A stretch of 64,000 nucleotides of DNA from Vicugna vicugna (taxonomy: Eukaryota). How positions within the stretch are numbered: position 1 is the stretch's first letter; each line of letters starts with the position of its first letter. Positions 34,301-46,424 of this stretch are shown here, piece by piece. The stretch covers positions 5,459,684 to 5,523,683 of the forward strand of contig MU061814.1 in NCBI GenBank assembly GCA_013265495.1, given 5' to 3'. Under the pieces are notes generated by a model. The model had not been told where the DNA came from. It saw nothing but the letters and a program-made list of their open reading frames with translations, and did no database searches. A program made the position numbers and the translations under genes.

Positions 34301-37300
34301 ACATGGAGCCCAGGAACTGCATGGTGGTCTCCCACCTGCTCCTGCCCACCGGGCTGGACGCTGACTGCTTTTGGGAGTGGGTACCAATCTGCCCCTCCGG
34401 TGGCACAGCCTCCTTCAGTGTCTGCATCCTGGGGGCCTACTTGTGAGGAGGAAGAGGTGCCTGAGTTCCAGGCCCAGAGTTGTCCTGGGGCTCCAGAGGA
34501 CCAGACCACCGCCACAGAAGGAGCTTTTCTGCTGAGTCTGGCAGTCTGTCGGGCTGCGGTGAAGCCTGGTGGAGCACTAAGCTGGCTGGTGTGCTCAGGG
34601 ACCAGCAACACTCTAATTGGCCAATTTCCCAGTAAGCATGAAGCTCGGGGCCCTGTCACGCTGCAAGGAGCCGTGGCGCTGGGGCATCGCCGACCACTGG
34701 GTGGCACTGGCGGGCCTAAGCGGAGACGGGAGGACACGGGACGGGGGCCATGATGCTCAGGGAAGACAGCAGCTGTGCAGCCCTCGGCCCACGGGAAGTC
34801 ACCCCAGGATGAGCAGCCCGCCCAGCGCCATGCTGCCCCTGCCAAGATGGTCCATGCAGATGGCTCCTCACGGGGGCTGGTGAGAAACCGAGTGACTGCA
34901 GACTGCTTTGCCTCTCGTCCTGTCCAGTTCACTCCCAAAATGCCCAGGCAGGCAGCTTTCTGTCACACTGACACCTGAGGTGGGCCCACTGCTTAAGAAC
35001 GATCAGCTGTTGAAGCTAGAAAAGTCACAGTGAGCCCCTGGAGAGGCGGCGAGCCCTCCACGGGGTGCAGGGAAGCATCCTGCAGGTCGCTGGTCAGAGT
35101 GGCCCCATGGGTCACCCTCTCTGGAGCCACCCCACTGCCACTGGGTCCCCAACCCACTCGGCGCTAAGACCAGGCAGCTACTGTGGCAAGGACAGTGTCG
35201 TGGGGACTGAGGGCTCAGAAGACGCACGTGGAGTAGCTGGGGGTGCTGCTGTGACATCAGCCTTTTTCAGCTCAGCGGGACAAGGGCAGAGTGAAGCTCC
35301 CCATTTCAGCTGCTCCTTCACTGTCAAGATTTTTCTCAGGGTGAAAAATCAAGTGGCAAGAGAAAACCATTTTGCTCTTGTGCCTTTGCTTAAGTATCCC
35401 GAAGTCAATCATTCTTCTAGAAGTAAAGTACTGCTTGCTTTCACATCAGAAAACACACGCACTCCCCAAACGAGACTGGGGGCGGCCCGGGCTGCTCTTC
35501 AGCACTGGGGGGCTTTATGTAGGTCCACAGCAGACTGTCCTGCTTTGGGGCTACAAGTTTTTCAAGACTGATTTCTTCTTACTGGTGTCCAGTATTTGAG
35601 TGACCTACACCTTTTTAGAGAGGGGCAGAGAACTGTCCATAATAAACTTGCAAAAAGCAAGTACACACCTGGAGGCAAATTACCCTTCCTAGTTTTAATA
35701 GTGTGACATACAATATTTTGAAAGTTAACCCCAAACCTGATTTATGTTGGATTGGTAATACATGAAATGGTCAAGCCATCCTTCCACGTGAGCCCGAGAA
35801 CGCAGCAGGACAGGATGGGGGCCACACAGGGAGGCAGGCATTTCGCCCTTCCTGTCTAGGCTACTGGGACCACGGGGACCAGGCCAGACTCCTTCGGGAG
35901 GAGAGATCTCTTGAGACCTGTCAACAGGCAGCCTCACCAGTTTGATGAGGCTACATTTTAACTGTTATTTGTGCCCGAATTGTCTACTTCAAGCAACATG
36001 ATGGGGCGAGGGTGTGTTAAGATTTCGTTTACGACCCCCCCAGGCCGCAGTCCCAAAGGGCCAGGCTCAGCAGAGGGGCCTGCGGCTGGCAGCAGCCTGG
36101 GGCCCGGCGGGCTACGCGGCAGTTACCTGTGTGCGCTCCGTGCTGGCCGCCTCCGAGTGTGCGGCGATGCAAGTCGCCCAGCCTTCACTTACATGAGTCA
36201 AAGTGTAAAATGTCTTATCGATCTTCTACGTCTACTTCTTTAATTTTCAGAAGCTAAGAATAGAACTATGTGCGTGGTGACCTGCAGCACACACAGGCAA
36301 GACTGTCCCCTCGCAACTTCGCACACCCCCGGAGCTCGGGAGCCGTGTGGGGGGTGCACAGCAGCGTCTTCAGAGGGGCCCCTGGGCCCAACACCGCCTC
36401 GGGGACTCTCCGTAAGCCCCGCTACAGCAGGTGCGGAGCCCCACAGGCTGCACGAAAGCACAGAGCGGCAGGAGGCGAGCAGGACCAGTGCTGTGGGGAC
36501 CTCTAGCCCCACCCCCCCGCAGTGGCTGCAGGTCTGCGTTAGGAGGTTAAAGTGCATGTACATGTGAAGCCTTTCCTGCCCTCATTTACTCAACAGCTGG
36601 ATATTCTTTTTTAAAGTGTAGAAAGTAAACACTTAAAAATATCAAAGAACACCAGTGACAACCAAGGGAACTGCAACCACGTGGGTAAAAGTAAAGTCAG
36701 CTGTCACGGTGAACCTTTACCGGGACAAGTTCTGGTCTTCCCTCCAACTGGGGGGAGGAAACCGGTTCAGATGTACAAAGGCTGCTTTGTCTCCCACATT
36801 TTTTTTGCCACTGACAATTCAGGAAGAGCAGATAAAAATGGCTCACACGACTGATAAAGTGCAACTCCCCCAAGCTGTGCCCTTCCCCTCCAACGTCCCT
36901 CACAACCCCACGTGACTCTAGGAGACTTGTCTCCTCCCGTGACGGCCTGTGGAATGTGCTCCTGGAGCCCACACCAGCTGTCCCCATGGAACCCGTGCCC
37001 CGGGACCTGCTTCACATGGCATGGGGACCAGTCTGTGTGGCACACACACGAGCCACTGGGAAATGCTTTTATCTGGGTAAGATGCTCAAAACATTGCTGG
37101 ATTTGGGTGTACAGTTCTGTCAGGGTTTCCATTTTAATTCTCAAAACTAGATGAAACTGTAGAAGTCTCATTTTCCAGTCAAAATCCAGTGTTTTAAGTC
37201 ACTTATGAGTCATTTAGGGAGTCCAAATACTAGTAGCTGTGCCTGACTCAGAATTTCACTTCTGAATTCTAATAAACCAGGGACAATTTAGAAAAACATT

Positions 37301-38389
37301 TTCAGCCCTCTTTATGCCTTGACAGTAATGAGAAAGAAACAGTGAAATGAAGAATAAGGAGTAAGACTGTAAAAACACAAACATACTGTGAAGAGAAATA
37401 AATAAAACAATTACAGGTTAAAGAAACTATACAGAAATTGTCAAAAACAATTTTTAAAAACTCACCAGAGAACAAGTGTAAGTTAACCCCTCACCCCGGG
37501 AACACAAAGGAGTTGACACTTTCATGGGAAAAGCAGGGAAGAGCTTCCATGCATAGCAAGGTCTTGCCTGCCATGGTCACTGAAAAGCAGCCCCTCCCCT
37601 TCCTGCAACCCAAGGCCAGTGCCAGGCCTGGGAGGAGCAAGGTCCAGAGCACCTCCTGGAGCAGGGAGCTGGCTGCCCAAGGATCCAACGCCTGACTGGA
37701 CCCAGGTCAATGCAGAGAGCGTCTCCTCCTGAGAACCGTCCCCAGCATGACCTACACCCCAGATCTCATCCCTGCCCCCCCACGTTATGCTCCGCAGCCA
37801 GGGGTCCTGGTGGGGATGCAGGGCTCTGCCAAGTGTGCGCAGAGTGCCCCCTCCCACTGGCCTGTCGGGAGGGGCCCCTGCACCTGCGAGGTGACGGCTT
37901 GGGGCAGAGAGAGAGGCACTGCTACTCACCAAGGCTGCAGTCGGCGCTTTACCAGCGACCTTTACTCTCCTCCCAATCATCTTTTGGGAAGATGACATTT
38001 CTGGGATAACAAAAAATGATCAGAAGCAACTAGCTCAAAAATATGTTCCTGACGTACACTATGAATTGTGGCTATCCACTCATTTACTTCTGAGCGGTGA
38101 CCGTGCTGGGAAGGGCAGTCATTAATTTGTCCCAACTTCCCATCAACAGATCCATCCCCAGCTTCAGTGAGGAGCTGACTGCAGAGAAGAGGGGCAGGGG
38201 AGAGGAGGGAAAGCCAGCCTGTGAGCACAGCCCCAACCTTCCCCCCGTATCACGCGCCAGCCCAGTGCACCTAGACTAACCCCACCCTGGGGGTCTCTGG
38301 GCAGGTTCCCAGGTCCGGTCGACAGGGATGGAGAATAACTGAGCTGAGATCAGTTGCTCAGGGCGCTGTGGCTATACCCCAGTTGTCCT

Positions 38390-38395
38390 TTTATT
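38390..38395 (-). terminator. DIDO1: Candidate poly(A) signal AATAAA of the short DIDO1 isoforms (intron 6)
   Basis: First AATAAA I found on the minus strand downstream of the short-isoform stops, about 1.1 kb from them. Confidence 0.5.
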
Positions 38396-39481
38396 CTGAC
38401 ACGTGCCTATCACCAATTTAGAGCACTTCTGCACAATCTTCCAAAGTGACTGCTCCCCACCTGCGCACAGCTGGGTGATGCCCATTTTCAGGCCTGTTCA
38501 TAGCCCCCGTTAGCTAAAATGGAGAGGTGCTGCAATTCGATGGAAATTTGAGACATGTCGTTAGCACGCAGTTCTTAGCTCAAACCTAAGTGTATCAAGA
38601 CTCATTCTAACACAGCAATTGCTTAATTCTGTACTTAGAGTTCACTCCTAAAATCCAAAATTAAAAACATATATATATATATGCAGTAATGCTTTGCAAA
38701 TTATTTGCAACTCCTTTTCTTGGGTCTTGGGCCACTACATTCTTAGAATGAGTATTTAGTTACGCATTTTTCTAACCACTCTGGATTTACCATTACCCAT
38801 GAGGCTTCCCTCAGGGGACTGCTTAAAAAGCTGGCTGAAAGAAGGCAGCCCACCTCTGTAATTTTGAGATTTAGGGCTACTTTGTGGTGCTTTTTAAAAA
38901 GTCACAAGAGTATAAAACATAGCACAAAAAAAACTGAATAAAAATAATAAGATGTGGGTTATGGGTCAATTTAAATTCCCAAAATTCAATTTTGGCAAAT
39001 GAAGCTGAGAAACAAGAACAAAGAGGAAAAATTCAAGTTGCATAACCTCATCTAGGCTCTCAAAGTTCTCTCTGAATTATCTGGATCCTGCTCACCTGCA
39101 ATCTGGAGTGAGGGGACCCAACAGGGCCACACTCCAGTGTGGAGCCGGGACACGGGGTCCCCCGTCTGGGTGCTGCAGAGTGGAGAGACACCGTGCTCAC
39201 TTACCTTCGTGCTTATGAAGCGGCGGTCAACGGCCGTTCAAACTGGCTTGTGTGTCTATGTGGTGTGTGGTGTGTGAATTGGACATGAAAAGAAAATCCC
39301 TGTCTGGCCGAAAGCAGCTTAACTCCTGAGAATCATACTTCAGTGGAACATGAGACACAGCACTACTGTGTGAGAGCCCCCACGACAGAGAAGCGAGGCT
39401 CGCGGGCACTCGTGTGGCTCCAAGGCTGGGCCCACAGCGCGTGTCTGGACGACGGGCGCTCGTGCTGGGCAGTGCGCCTGC

Positions 39482-39522
39482 TCAACCAGGCACTGTGAGG
39501 TCACGCGAATACTTACCAGAGC
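39482..39522 (-). CDS. DIDO1: Alternative terminal exon of a short DIDO1 isoform (C-S-G-K-Y-S-R-D-L-T-V-P-G-stop; predicted 540 aa)
   Basis: Acceptor ctcttttttattcttag|GC TCT GGT AAG TAT... joins exon 6 phase 1. CSGKY matches the start of the C-terminus of a human short isoform as I recall it. Confidence 0.65.
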
Positions 39523-39793
39523 CTAAGAATAAAAAAGAGATTAAAGACAGCAACTTTCAGAGGTGAAACATTCAGCAATGAGGCTGGTACAGCTGTTTGG
39601 AAAACAGACAGAAGTCCCGACAGACTAAGGGCGGGCACACGGGGCTCTGAGGTGGCTTGGGTCAGGCGTGCGCGTCCATCTTTGGAAGGGCAGCACGAAA
39701 CACAGCTACAACTCCCAGCTCTGGACAGGCCTGAGCGGATGGCTGTCCAGACAGCCCGGGAAGGGTCCAGAGCTCCCCCTGGGTGATACATAC
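39513..39793 (-). CDS. DIDO1: Intron-6 read-through C-terminus of the short Dido1/DIO-1 isoform (CMYHPGGALDPSRAVW...NLFFILRLW*, 93 aa; predicted 620 aa total)
   Basis: Frame stays open from the exon 6 donor to TAA 39515-39513. CMYH...LDPSR resembles the recalled human Dido1 C-terminus. Confidence 0.6.
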
Positions 39794-40010
39794 ATTTACA
39801 CAACAGAGGCGGCCAGGGGGCAGCAGTCCTTTCTGGCTTTACTGCATTGTAATTGTGGTCACTCGCCCAGGACGGTGTGCTGCTGCTCTCGCAAGTGGCC
39901 TCCTGGGTAAGGCCCTCACTCCTGGGAGGGGCGGCCACCGCCTTCTTCAACGTGTCTTCCTTCTTGTCTGCGGCTGGCCTCTTGTGCACAGAAGAGATTT
40001 TAATGCCTGC
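39794..40010 (-). CDS. DIDO1: DIDO1 exon 6 (AGIKISSVHKRPAADKKE...TPSWASDHNYNAVKPERTAAPWPPLLCK)
   Basis: Acceptor attatccag|, donor T|GTATGT, 217 nt phase 0 to 1. Confidence 0.95.
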
Positions 40011-40299
40011 CTGGATAATCAGTAAAACCCCAATCATTAATGAGGTCAGAATTACCTTCCTACATTTCACTTTCCAATCACAGTCGGGCCATGCCCTATT
40101 CCCGGTGTCCAGTCAAGCCCCACAGCGCCCTGAGCTTGTGCGTGCACGGCATCCGCTCAGCGCGAGGGCCTGGCCCACCTCCCACATCATGCCCAGGACT
40201 TCAGCGTCGGAGAGACGTGACAGCACAGCGCACGATCCTGCGGTACAGGCAGGCCTCCACGCGAGAAGATGACAACGAACGCAAGGGCCAGTGGAGACA

Positions 40300-40301
<2 letters not shown>

Positions 40302-40336
<35 letters not shown>
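40302..40336. repeat. (CAGG)8 tetranucleotide microsatellite, DIDO1 intron 5
   Basis: Direct reading: CAGG x8 plus CAG, preceded by GACAGA. Confidence 0.95.
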
Positions 40337-41018
40337 ACACACACACCAGGGGCACCAAGGACAGCTCCGAGCCCGTCCCCTAATTCCCCCGCACTCGTGC
40401 CGGCACCCCTTAACCATGGAAGCAACAACTGCTTCTTCGGGAGTTCCATGATTCAAACTTCTCAGCCTTGAAGAGTAAGCCCCCTAATCCTAAATAAGCA
40501 TTTTAAGCATCAAAAAAACTCCCAGAAAAGCAGTAGTTACGCTTTGATGTGAGGCCGTGACACAGCCACATCAAACTGAGACAAAACTCGAGTCAGCAAG
40601 GGCCTGTGATCTTGAAAACATCCCAGCTCTTCCAAAAGCACAAGCAGTGCAGGGGGCCGAGGCCGAGGCTAAGTCCCAGAGGGGGCAGAGCACGGGGCCC
40701 CGCCAGAGATCCCACCCCTGCCCCCGCTGCCCTGTGTTTCCACACAACAGCTGCCAGCGCTTCTCCCAAGAAGGCTGGCCTGTGGATGAGAAGCTGCTTC
40801 TGCGCAGCAGCCAGCTCCTGAGTTTATGCCGATGAAGCCCTGGCCAGAGCAACACTGGAACAGACGCTTCTTTGTAATTCTGACAGAAAACTGGAGGCGG
40901 TGGGGGCCAGGGCACGGGTGGCAGCACAGCACACACCCGGGCCGCCGCGCCCGCCGTGCCAGCCCAGTCTGTGGCGCCCCCAGCTCCCTCCTCGGATGGC
41001 TGGTCTTGCTCAGCTTAC

Positions 41019-41231
41019 CTGAGCGCTGCATTTCTGAAGAACGAGCTTCTCGGGCTTTGCCTTGGCTTTCTCTCTAGGCTTCGGCTTCTGCTCTTTCCCC
41101 GCACTCAGAAACCTCATGGTGGCGGCAGCATGCTTCAGGATGCAGTCATTGCTGCAGTAAACTGAGTCGGGCTGCGCCACGCTAGAGCAACCAGGCCCGA
41201 TGCACCTGGAGGCGCCAGGAGCCTCTACCAC
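41019..41231 (-). CDS. DIDO1: DIDO1 exon 5 (VVEAPGASRCIGPGCSSVAQPDSVYCSNDCILKHAAATMRFLSAGKEQKPK...KCSAQ)
   Basis: Acceptor tttcctgcag|, donor CAG|GTAAGC, 213 nt phase 0 to 0; Cys-rich CIGPGC...YCSNDC motif. Confidence 0.96.
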
Positions 41232-41464
41232 CTGCAGGAAAAAAACAGGACTTCAAACAACCTACTTCCACCTTCAGCAGGCATGGCGCTTTGTAAAACC
41301 ACGCCTCACAGTACTGAGACCGCTTCTTAACGGTGGACGACCATGAGTAAAGGAGCGCCTCTGGTCATCCAGAGCACACAGCCCGCCTCCCCCCCCCACC
41401 CCTGCCGTATGCGGCCCTCACGTCAGGCGTGGAGGGCAGAGGTCTCAGGGGACTTCAGGACTCA

Positions 41465-41940
41465 CCTCTGAATAGAATGGGATTTCACACCCACAATTAA
41501 GGTTCCATCATTGGGCACAGGGGCAGGGATTTTGCACATGTAATTAAGGTCCCAAATAGAAGGATTCCCAGGAGGCTCAAAGGGTCTGATTTAATCCAAT
41601 GAAAGCCCTTGAGAGGGCCTGGCTGGGAGAGGGCCGTGGCAGGGCACTGAGGGCAAGACTGCCAGACAGCATCCAGGATGGCCAACTCAATCTGTCTCAG
41701 AAAAAGGTAACTTTGTAGCCATGTGCGCCACGAACATCACACAGGACATAGGTATTTGCTAAATCACGTGAGAGCTTTGGAAAGTGGCTCTTTCCCCAGC
41801 CCCCACCTACCCCCAGTGTGCAGCCCGAGAGACCCAGAGCAGAGGGCCTTGCTAAGCCAGGCCCAGGTTTCTGACCCACAGAAAGCAGCTCATGACTTTG
41901 TTTTAAGCTGCTAAGTCTGTGGCACCCTGTCACGCCGTGG
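41465..41940 (+). mobile_element. MLT1-type (ERVL-MaLR) solo LTR, diverged
   Basis: GGGATTTTGCACATGTAATTAAGGTCCCAAAT...GATTTAATCCAATGAAAGCCCTT and the 3' signature TTTCTGACCCACAGAAA...TTGTTTTAAGCTGCTAAGTCTGTGG. Confidence 0.8.
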
Positions 41941-43061
41941 CAGGGATGGAGGGCACTGCAAGGACCGAGTGCAGCCGCTGCTGTTTACGACGGAAGCACG
42001 TTCTGACGCTCACGACACATGTGCAAGCACAGACCCCTCGGACGTACTGGAGCCAAGTCTTACTTCTCAAGGGAGGTACTTAACTGTCTTTCCTCCAAAG
42101 AATCCAAGTTTTACTCAAAAATATTTAAGCTACATAGTCTCAAACACACCAGCAATAGGAAGACTTTCCCCACTAATTCAATTTCCATTAATCAAAAAAA
42201 ATTACCATTTACTGTCACACTTCCATGGCAGTATGGTACAATTTACACGGTCCAGCCCTCGAGGCCGACACAGGACACAGGGTTATGGCAGGGGTGCCGA
42301 CAAGCCCACCTCAGAGCCTCCTGTGTGCCCAACACCTGCTGACGGACGGGCGGCGGGGTGCCCCCACCAGAGGCCTGGAGCGAAAACATGCTCTGGGCAG
42401 GCCGACCGGGAGAGCAAGATGCATGCAAACCGCGAGAAAGAACCACGGACGGGAAGGGGCCTAGAAACCAGCCGACAGGAGACAGAGGTAAACAGAGCCG
42501 GGGAGGGAGCACAGAGCCCGCGCAAGCACTGGCGGGCGCCAGGGAGCACGCAAGGGTGTCCCCTCAGCAGAGGGCGCCCTCGAAGCGCCACCGCTCGGAG
42601 GATGGAGGCGAGCCAGGAAGGCGGGGTGGGTGGAAGACCACCGGCTCGCTCAGGGTGGTGGCAGGTGGTTCAGGCGCACACATTCTTTGGTGATGAAAAA
42701 TAATTTCCTTACTTAACATGAACTTTAAACTCAAGATCCCATTCACAAGAACACTTAATAAAGTTTTTAAAAGTGAGTCCATTTAAGGAAAACGTTCAGC
42801 CAGTAAAAACAGCACAGAAGGAAGATATAACTAAAAAAAAAAAAGAAAAAAGAAAAAAAGAACGGCAGTGCCGGCATCACACAGGGGCACGGAGCCCATG
42901 GGGAGGCCACTGCCCTGCCCCGGGCCCAGCCTCGCACGGCGCCGCTCCAGGGAGATCAACTCATCTCAGAAGAAACAACTGCTGGTCTGGACGGTTCTGT
43001 CAACCGCAGTCTGAGATCTCGAAGGCGACCCCACCGCTGACCTCAAGAGACAGGTACTTAC

Positions 43062-43383
43062 GGGCTGGAATATCTTGAGTTTTTTCTTGCCACTTGGGTT
43101 CGCAGCTTTCTCAATTCTGCCCTTTATTCCTTGGTCTTCACTCGATTTCTGCTCTATGGTTCCTATACTGGTAAAGTCGGTGCCGTCAGCATCAGCAGCT
43201 CTCACCCGCACGTCCTGCGGGTCTGCAGTCTCTGAGCTGTTCTCGTCCTGCACCTGCAGGATGGTGCAATTTGGGCAGATATAGTCTTCCCCATTCCTCT
43301 CCAAGAGCCTCCCTCGAGCCTCAGAAATGCCCACACAGTCGCCATGAAACCATTCTTCGCATCGGTCACAGCAAATCATAAAC
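43062..43383 (-). CDS. DIDO1: DIDO1 exon 4 (FMICCDRCEEWFHGDCVGISEARGRLLERNGEDYICPNC...KKKLKIFQP; PHD finger)
   Basis: Acceptor aatctcag|, donor CCC|GTAAGT, 322 nt phase 2 to 0; C4HC3 PHD pattern completed with exon 3. Confidence 0.98.
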
Positions 43384-44005
43384 CTGAGATTATAAAATAT
43401 TAGGAACAGAAAATGAGAAACAAATCAAATGGGTTTCAACATTCTATTATGAAAAATGTGCAAACACACACAACATCCACGTGGCCTTTTCTTGACTTTA
43501 CTAACATTCAACTAAATTTGCTTCAATCATCTTTGTGGGGGGCGTCCTGCCCTGAACACCACAGTGCTTGCCCATGAAATGGCAACAATGCCTTTACCAC
43601 CACTCTCCTGACGAACTAAAACTAGTCACCAAACACTCCGGGCACCCAGTCAAAGCCAGACTCTGAGCTGCCCCTACATCCATGCCACCGTCCAGGACAG
43701 CTCAGAGTGTTAACCCAAAGAGCTCTCCCAGACCACACCGCCCGGCATGCTGACCTCTGGCTGCACATGGCTGGTGTGAGTGAGGCACAGACACCCAAGG
43801 CCACCTGCCACCACTGGACGGTCCCCACCCGCTCCACTTGCTGCTTCTTGGACAAGGACTGGTTTGTCTATTTAAACTGAACAAGTGGCTCCTCCAGGCC
43901 AACCAAGGGCTCTTTACATTTCAACAGTGGCAAATCTCAGGTGTCCAGGGCCTGGCCTTTCTGGACAGCTCGGGCACCCAGCCCCGGGGCCACACCTCAA
44001 CCCAC

Positions 44006-44835
44006 CTGTTGTTGTGGGGCTGCCGGCAGATGCAGTACAGGGCACTGGGGTCGTAGCCCTCACACTCGGGCTTGGGTCTGACCACGTCCCCAGCCTCTTC
44101 GTCCTTAAGCCCCGGGGCCGCCCTCCCCTCTGGCCGGCTCTCCCTGGCCTCTCTTGCCACCTGGGGCGTGGCCCCCTGCTCAGCCTCGGGCTCCTGCTGG
44201 CCAGGCAGTGAGCCCTCCGCGGGGCCGCCCGCCTGGCCGTCCACAGACTCGGGAGGCTCGTCGCCCCGGCGCTTCTTCCTCAGCCGGCTCTGCGGGCCCT
44301 TGGCGGGCCCGTCGGCTGGCTCCTGCGCTCGCTTCCTCCGCAGCCGGTTCTGAAGCTCCTTCAAGGTCAAGCCGTCGCTGTCGCTGTCAGAGGTGTCGTC
44401 CTCACCGCCGCCCCCTCTGGCCTTTGCAGGGGCCGGGCGGCCCCTGGCGCCCGCAGAGCTGGCCTTGGGCCCGCTCTTCACATCGGAGGCGCTCTCCACG
44501 CTCCCTTCAGAGGCGGTTTCGGCGTCTGTGACGGGGCACGAAGTGGGCTCGCCGGGGTCCTCCAGGGAGACAGGGGCGCTCCTCCTGCCTCTGCGGCGGA
44601 CAGTGGTGAGGAACTCCTCCACCCGCTCCGTCCGCTTTGGCTGCCGCCCGCTGCGCCGCAGGGAGAGGCTCTGCTGCTGCGGCTGCGGCTCCAGGGAGTC
44701 CAACTCCACCTCCCCCACGCCCTCGCGCTTGGCGATGGTGGTTCTCCGGAACCCCCACGTCTTCCTGAACTCTTTGCTGGTGGGCTTGACGGCCCTGGGC
44801 GCATCCTCCCCGCTCGGATCGCCCTTCTCGTCCAT
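44006..44835 (-). CDS. DIDO1: DIDO1 exon 3, first coding exon (MDEKGDPSGEDAPRAVKPTSKEFRKTWGFRRTTIAKREG...YDPSALYCICRQPHNN)
   Basis: Acceptor ccggcag|GT ATG G (exon starts 44837), donor AG|GTGGGT, 830 coding nt. N-terminal KPTSKEFRKTWGFRRTTIAKRE recognised. Confidence 0.97.
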
Positions 44836-46250
44836 ACCTGCCGGGCAGACACAAGCAGACCACGACGGCGTCAGCCAGGGCCCTGCTCCCTCCAAGGACC
44901 AGGAGCCACCGGTGACAGGAGCACCCACAAGGGAGCAGCACCCACGTGGGAAACATGGTGACCCAACACTCCTCCACCTACGCAAGTGAAGGGGCTTCCT
45001 AAAGTGCGGTACATGAGACCATTCAAGGTGATTCTTGAAGAAAATTTTAACTGTCATATATCTAATGTTCAGCAGAAAAACACAGCCAGCAACACAGATT
45101 TAGTTTGCTGGCTAACTGCTCGGGACAAGGATTTCTAAAACAGGTGGTGGGGAAGGCGTCGAGGAGCAGCATGTGCGTGAGGACAGGACGGGGTCCACCT
45201 CCCTCCCCTGGAGTCAGGCTGGCCTTCGACACTCCGGTCCTGGGCTCTGAGGCCCTGAGCTGCATGAGATGTGCAGCCACCCTGTGCACACCTCACACAG
45301 AGCAACCATGGGGAGATGGCGTGGTGTTGGCCCGAACCCCAGCCCTGCTGTGGGCTGAGTGGTGAGTGAGCCCTGTGGTCGCCCTGCAGGGGAACCCTGC
45401 CCAGACTCAGGAGCCATGACCACGTGGACACGAGATGGGTGCTGCTTGGGTCCAGTGGGCTCCAGGGACAGGCGTTAACACCGGGACAAAGGAAGTACAC
45501 AACCAGACGGTACCTTGAATGTGGATTTCTTCTCTCTCTCCTTACCTTTTCACTTTCTTTCTAATGGATTATTAAAGGGTCACGTTTGGGAAAACTTTAT
45601 TCTTACTTAAAGCGAAGAAGACTTGAAACAGTATATACCTTGAGAATTTTTTTCCCCAAGCTGGCAGGCTTTAATCACATTTAACTGCTAACGATGACTC
45701 AGACTTTATGCCACGTTCCATCCTAGAGGATGACTGGTATGGAATGAAAACCTTCAAAACATAAACAAAATTCAAATCACACACAACCTAATCCTTTGCT
45801 TCCCAATGAGTGCTGCCACCCCCCATTCACCTGCCCAATTCTGCAGCTCCTCCACCCTGTGTCAGCCTGTGACACTCCCAGGTCACTCAGAAGCCTGCAG
45901 GAGTAGCTGTGACATCAGCTGTGCCACCATACCACACCACTTTTCTTGTCTCCCAAGTTCTTCTGCAGGAAAAATTCTCTACAAAACCCGGTTCTCGCCA
46001 AAGGGACTAGACAACATCATCGTAAACGCACCACTAAAACCACGACAGTAAAAATAAAGGGGACAATCAAGGTCAACCCCTCAGCACACAATTAACATTC
46101 ATCTAAAAACTGGGGCTAGAGGCTAGAGTATTTCAATAAAGTATTAATGTTATATCAGTTTCTTTGCATATAATGCCACTTTAGACACAGAAAACATGTT
46201 ATCGAGCCTTAAGATTTTGCGGTTGACTTTTAATCTTATTGACGCGTTAC

Positions 46251-46424
46251 CTGTCCCAAATGGAAAGCTTGGATACGAAGTTTCCTGACTTGCTGAACAC
46301 ACCACCTGGCTGATGCAGCCACGGGGTGCGGGGACAGCGCCAGGCCGGAAACACTGCTGCTGCTGGTCACTGTTCACAAGTAACAGCACAGGTTATCTCG
46401 AGACTGCGCCCATGGAGTAAGCCC
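46251..46424 (-). other. DIDO1: DIDO1 non-coding exon 2 (5'UTR)
   Basis: Acceptor ttttcttcattttag|, donor CAG|GTAACG, 174 nt; position matches the expected 5'UTR exon. Confidence 0.75.

Noticed and set aside
41969-42703. 244-aa + strand ORF in DIDO1 intron 4
   Set aside because: Antisense, no recognisable domain, compositionally heterogeneous; consistent with chance.
44838-45057. 74-codon in-frame upstream extension of the DIDO1 ATG
   Set aside because: Lies in intron 2, upstream of a good acceptor at 44838; the known N-terminus starts at MDEKG.
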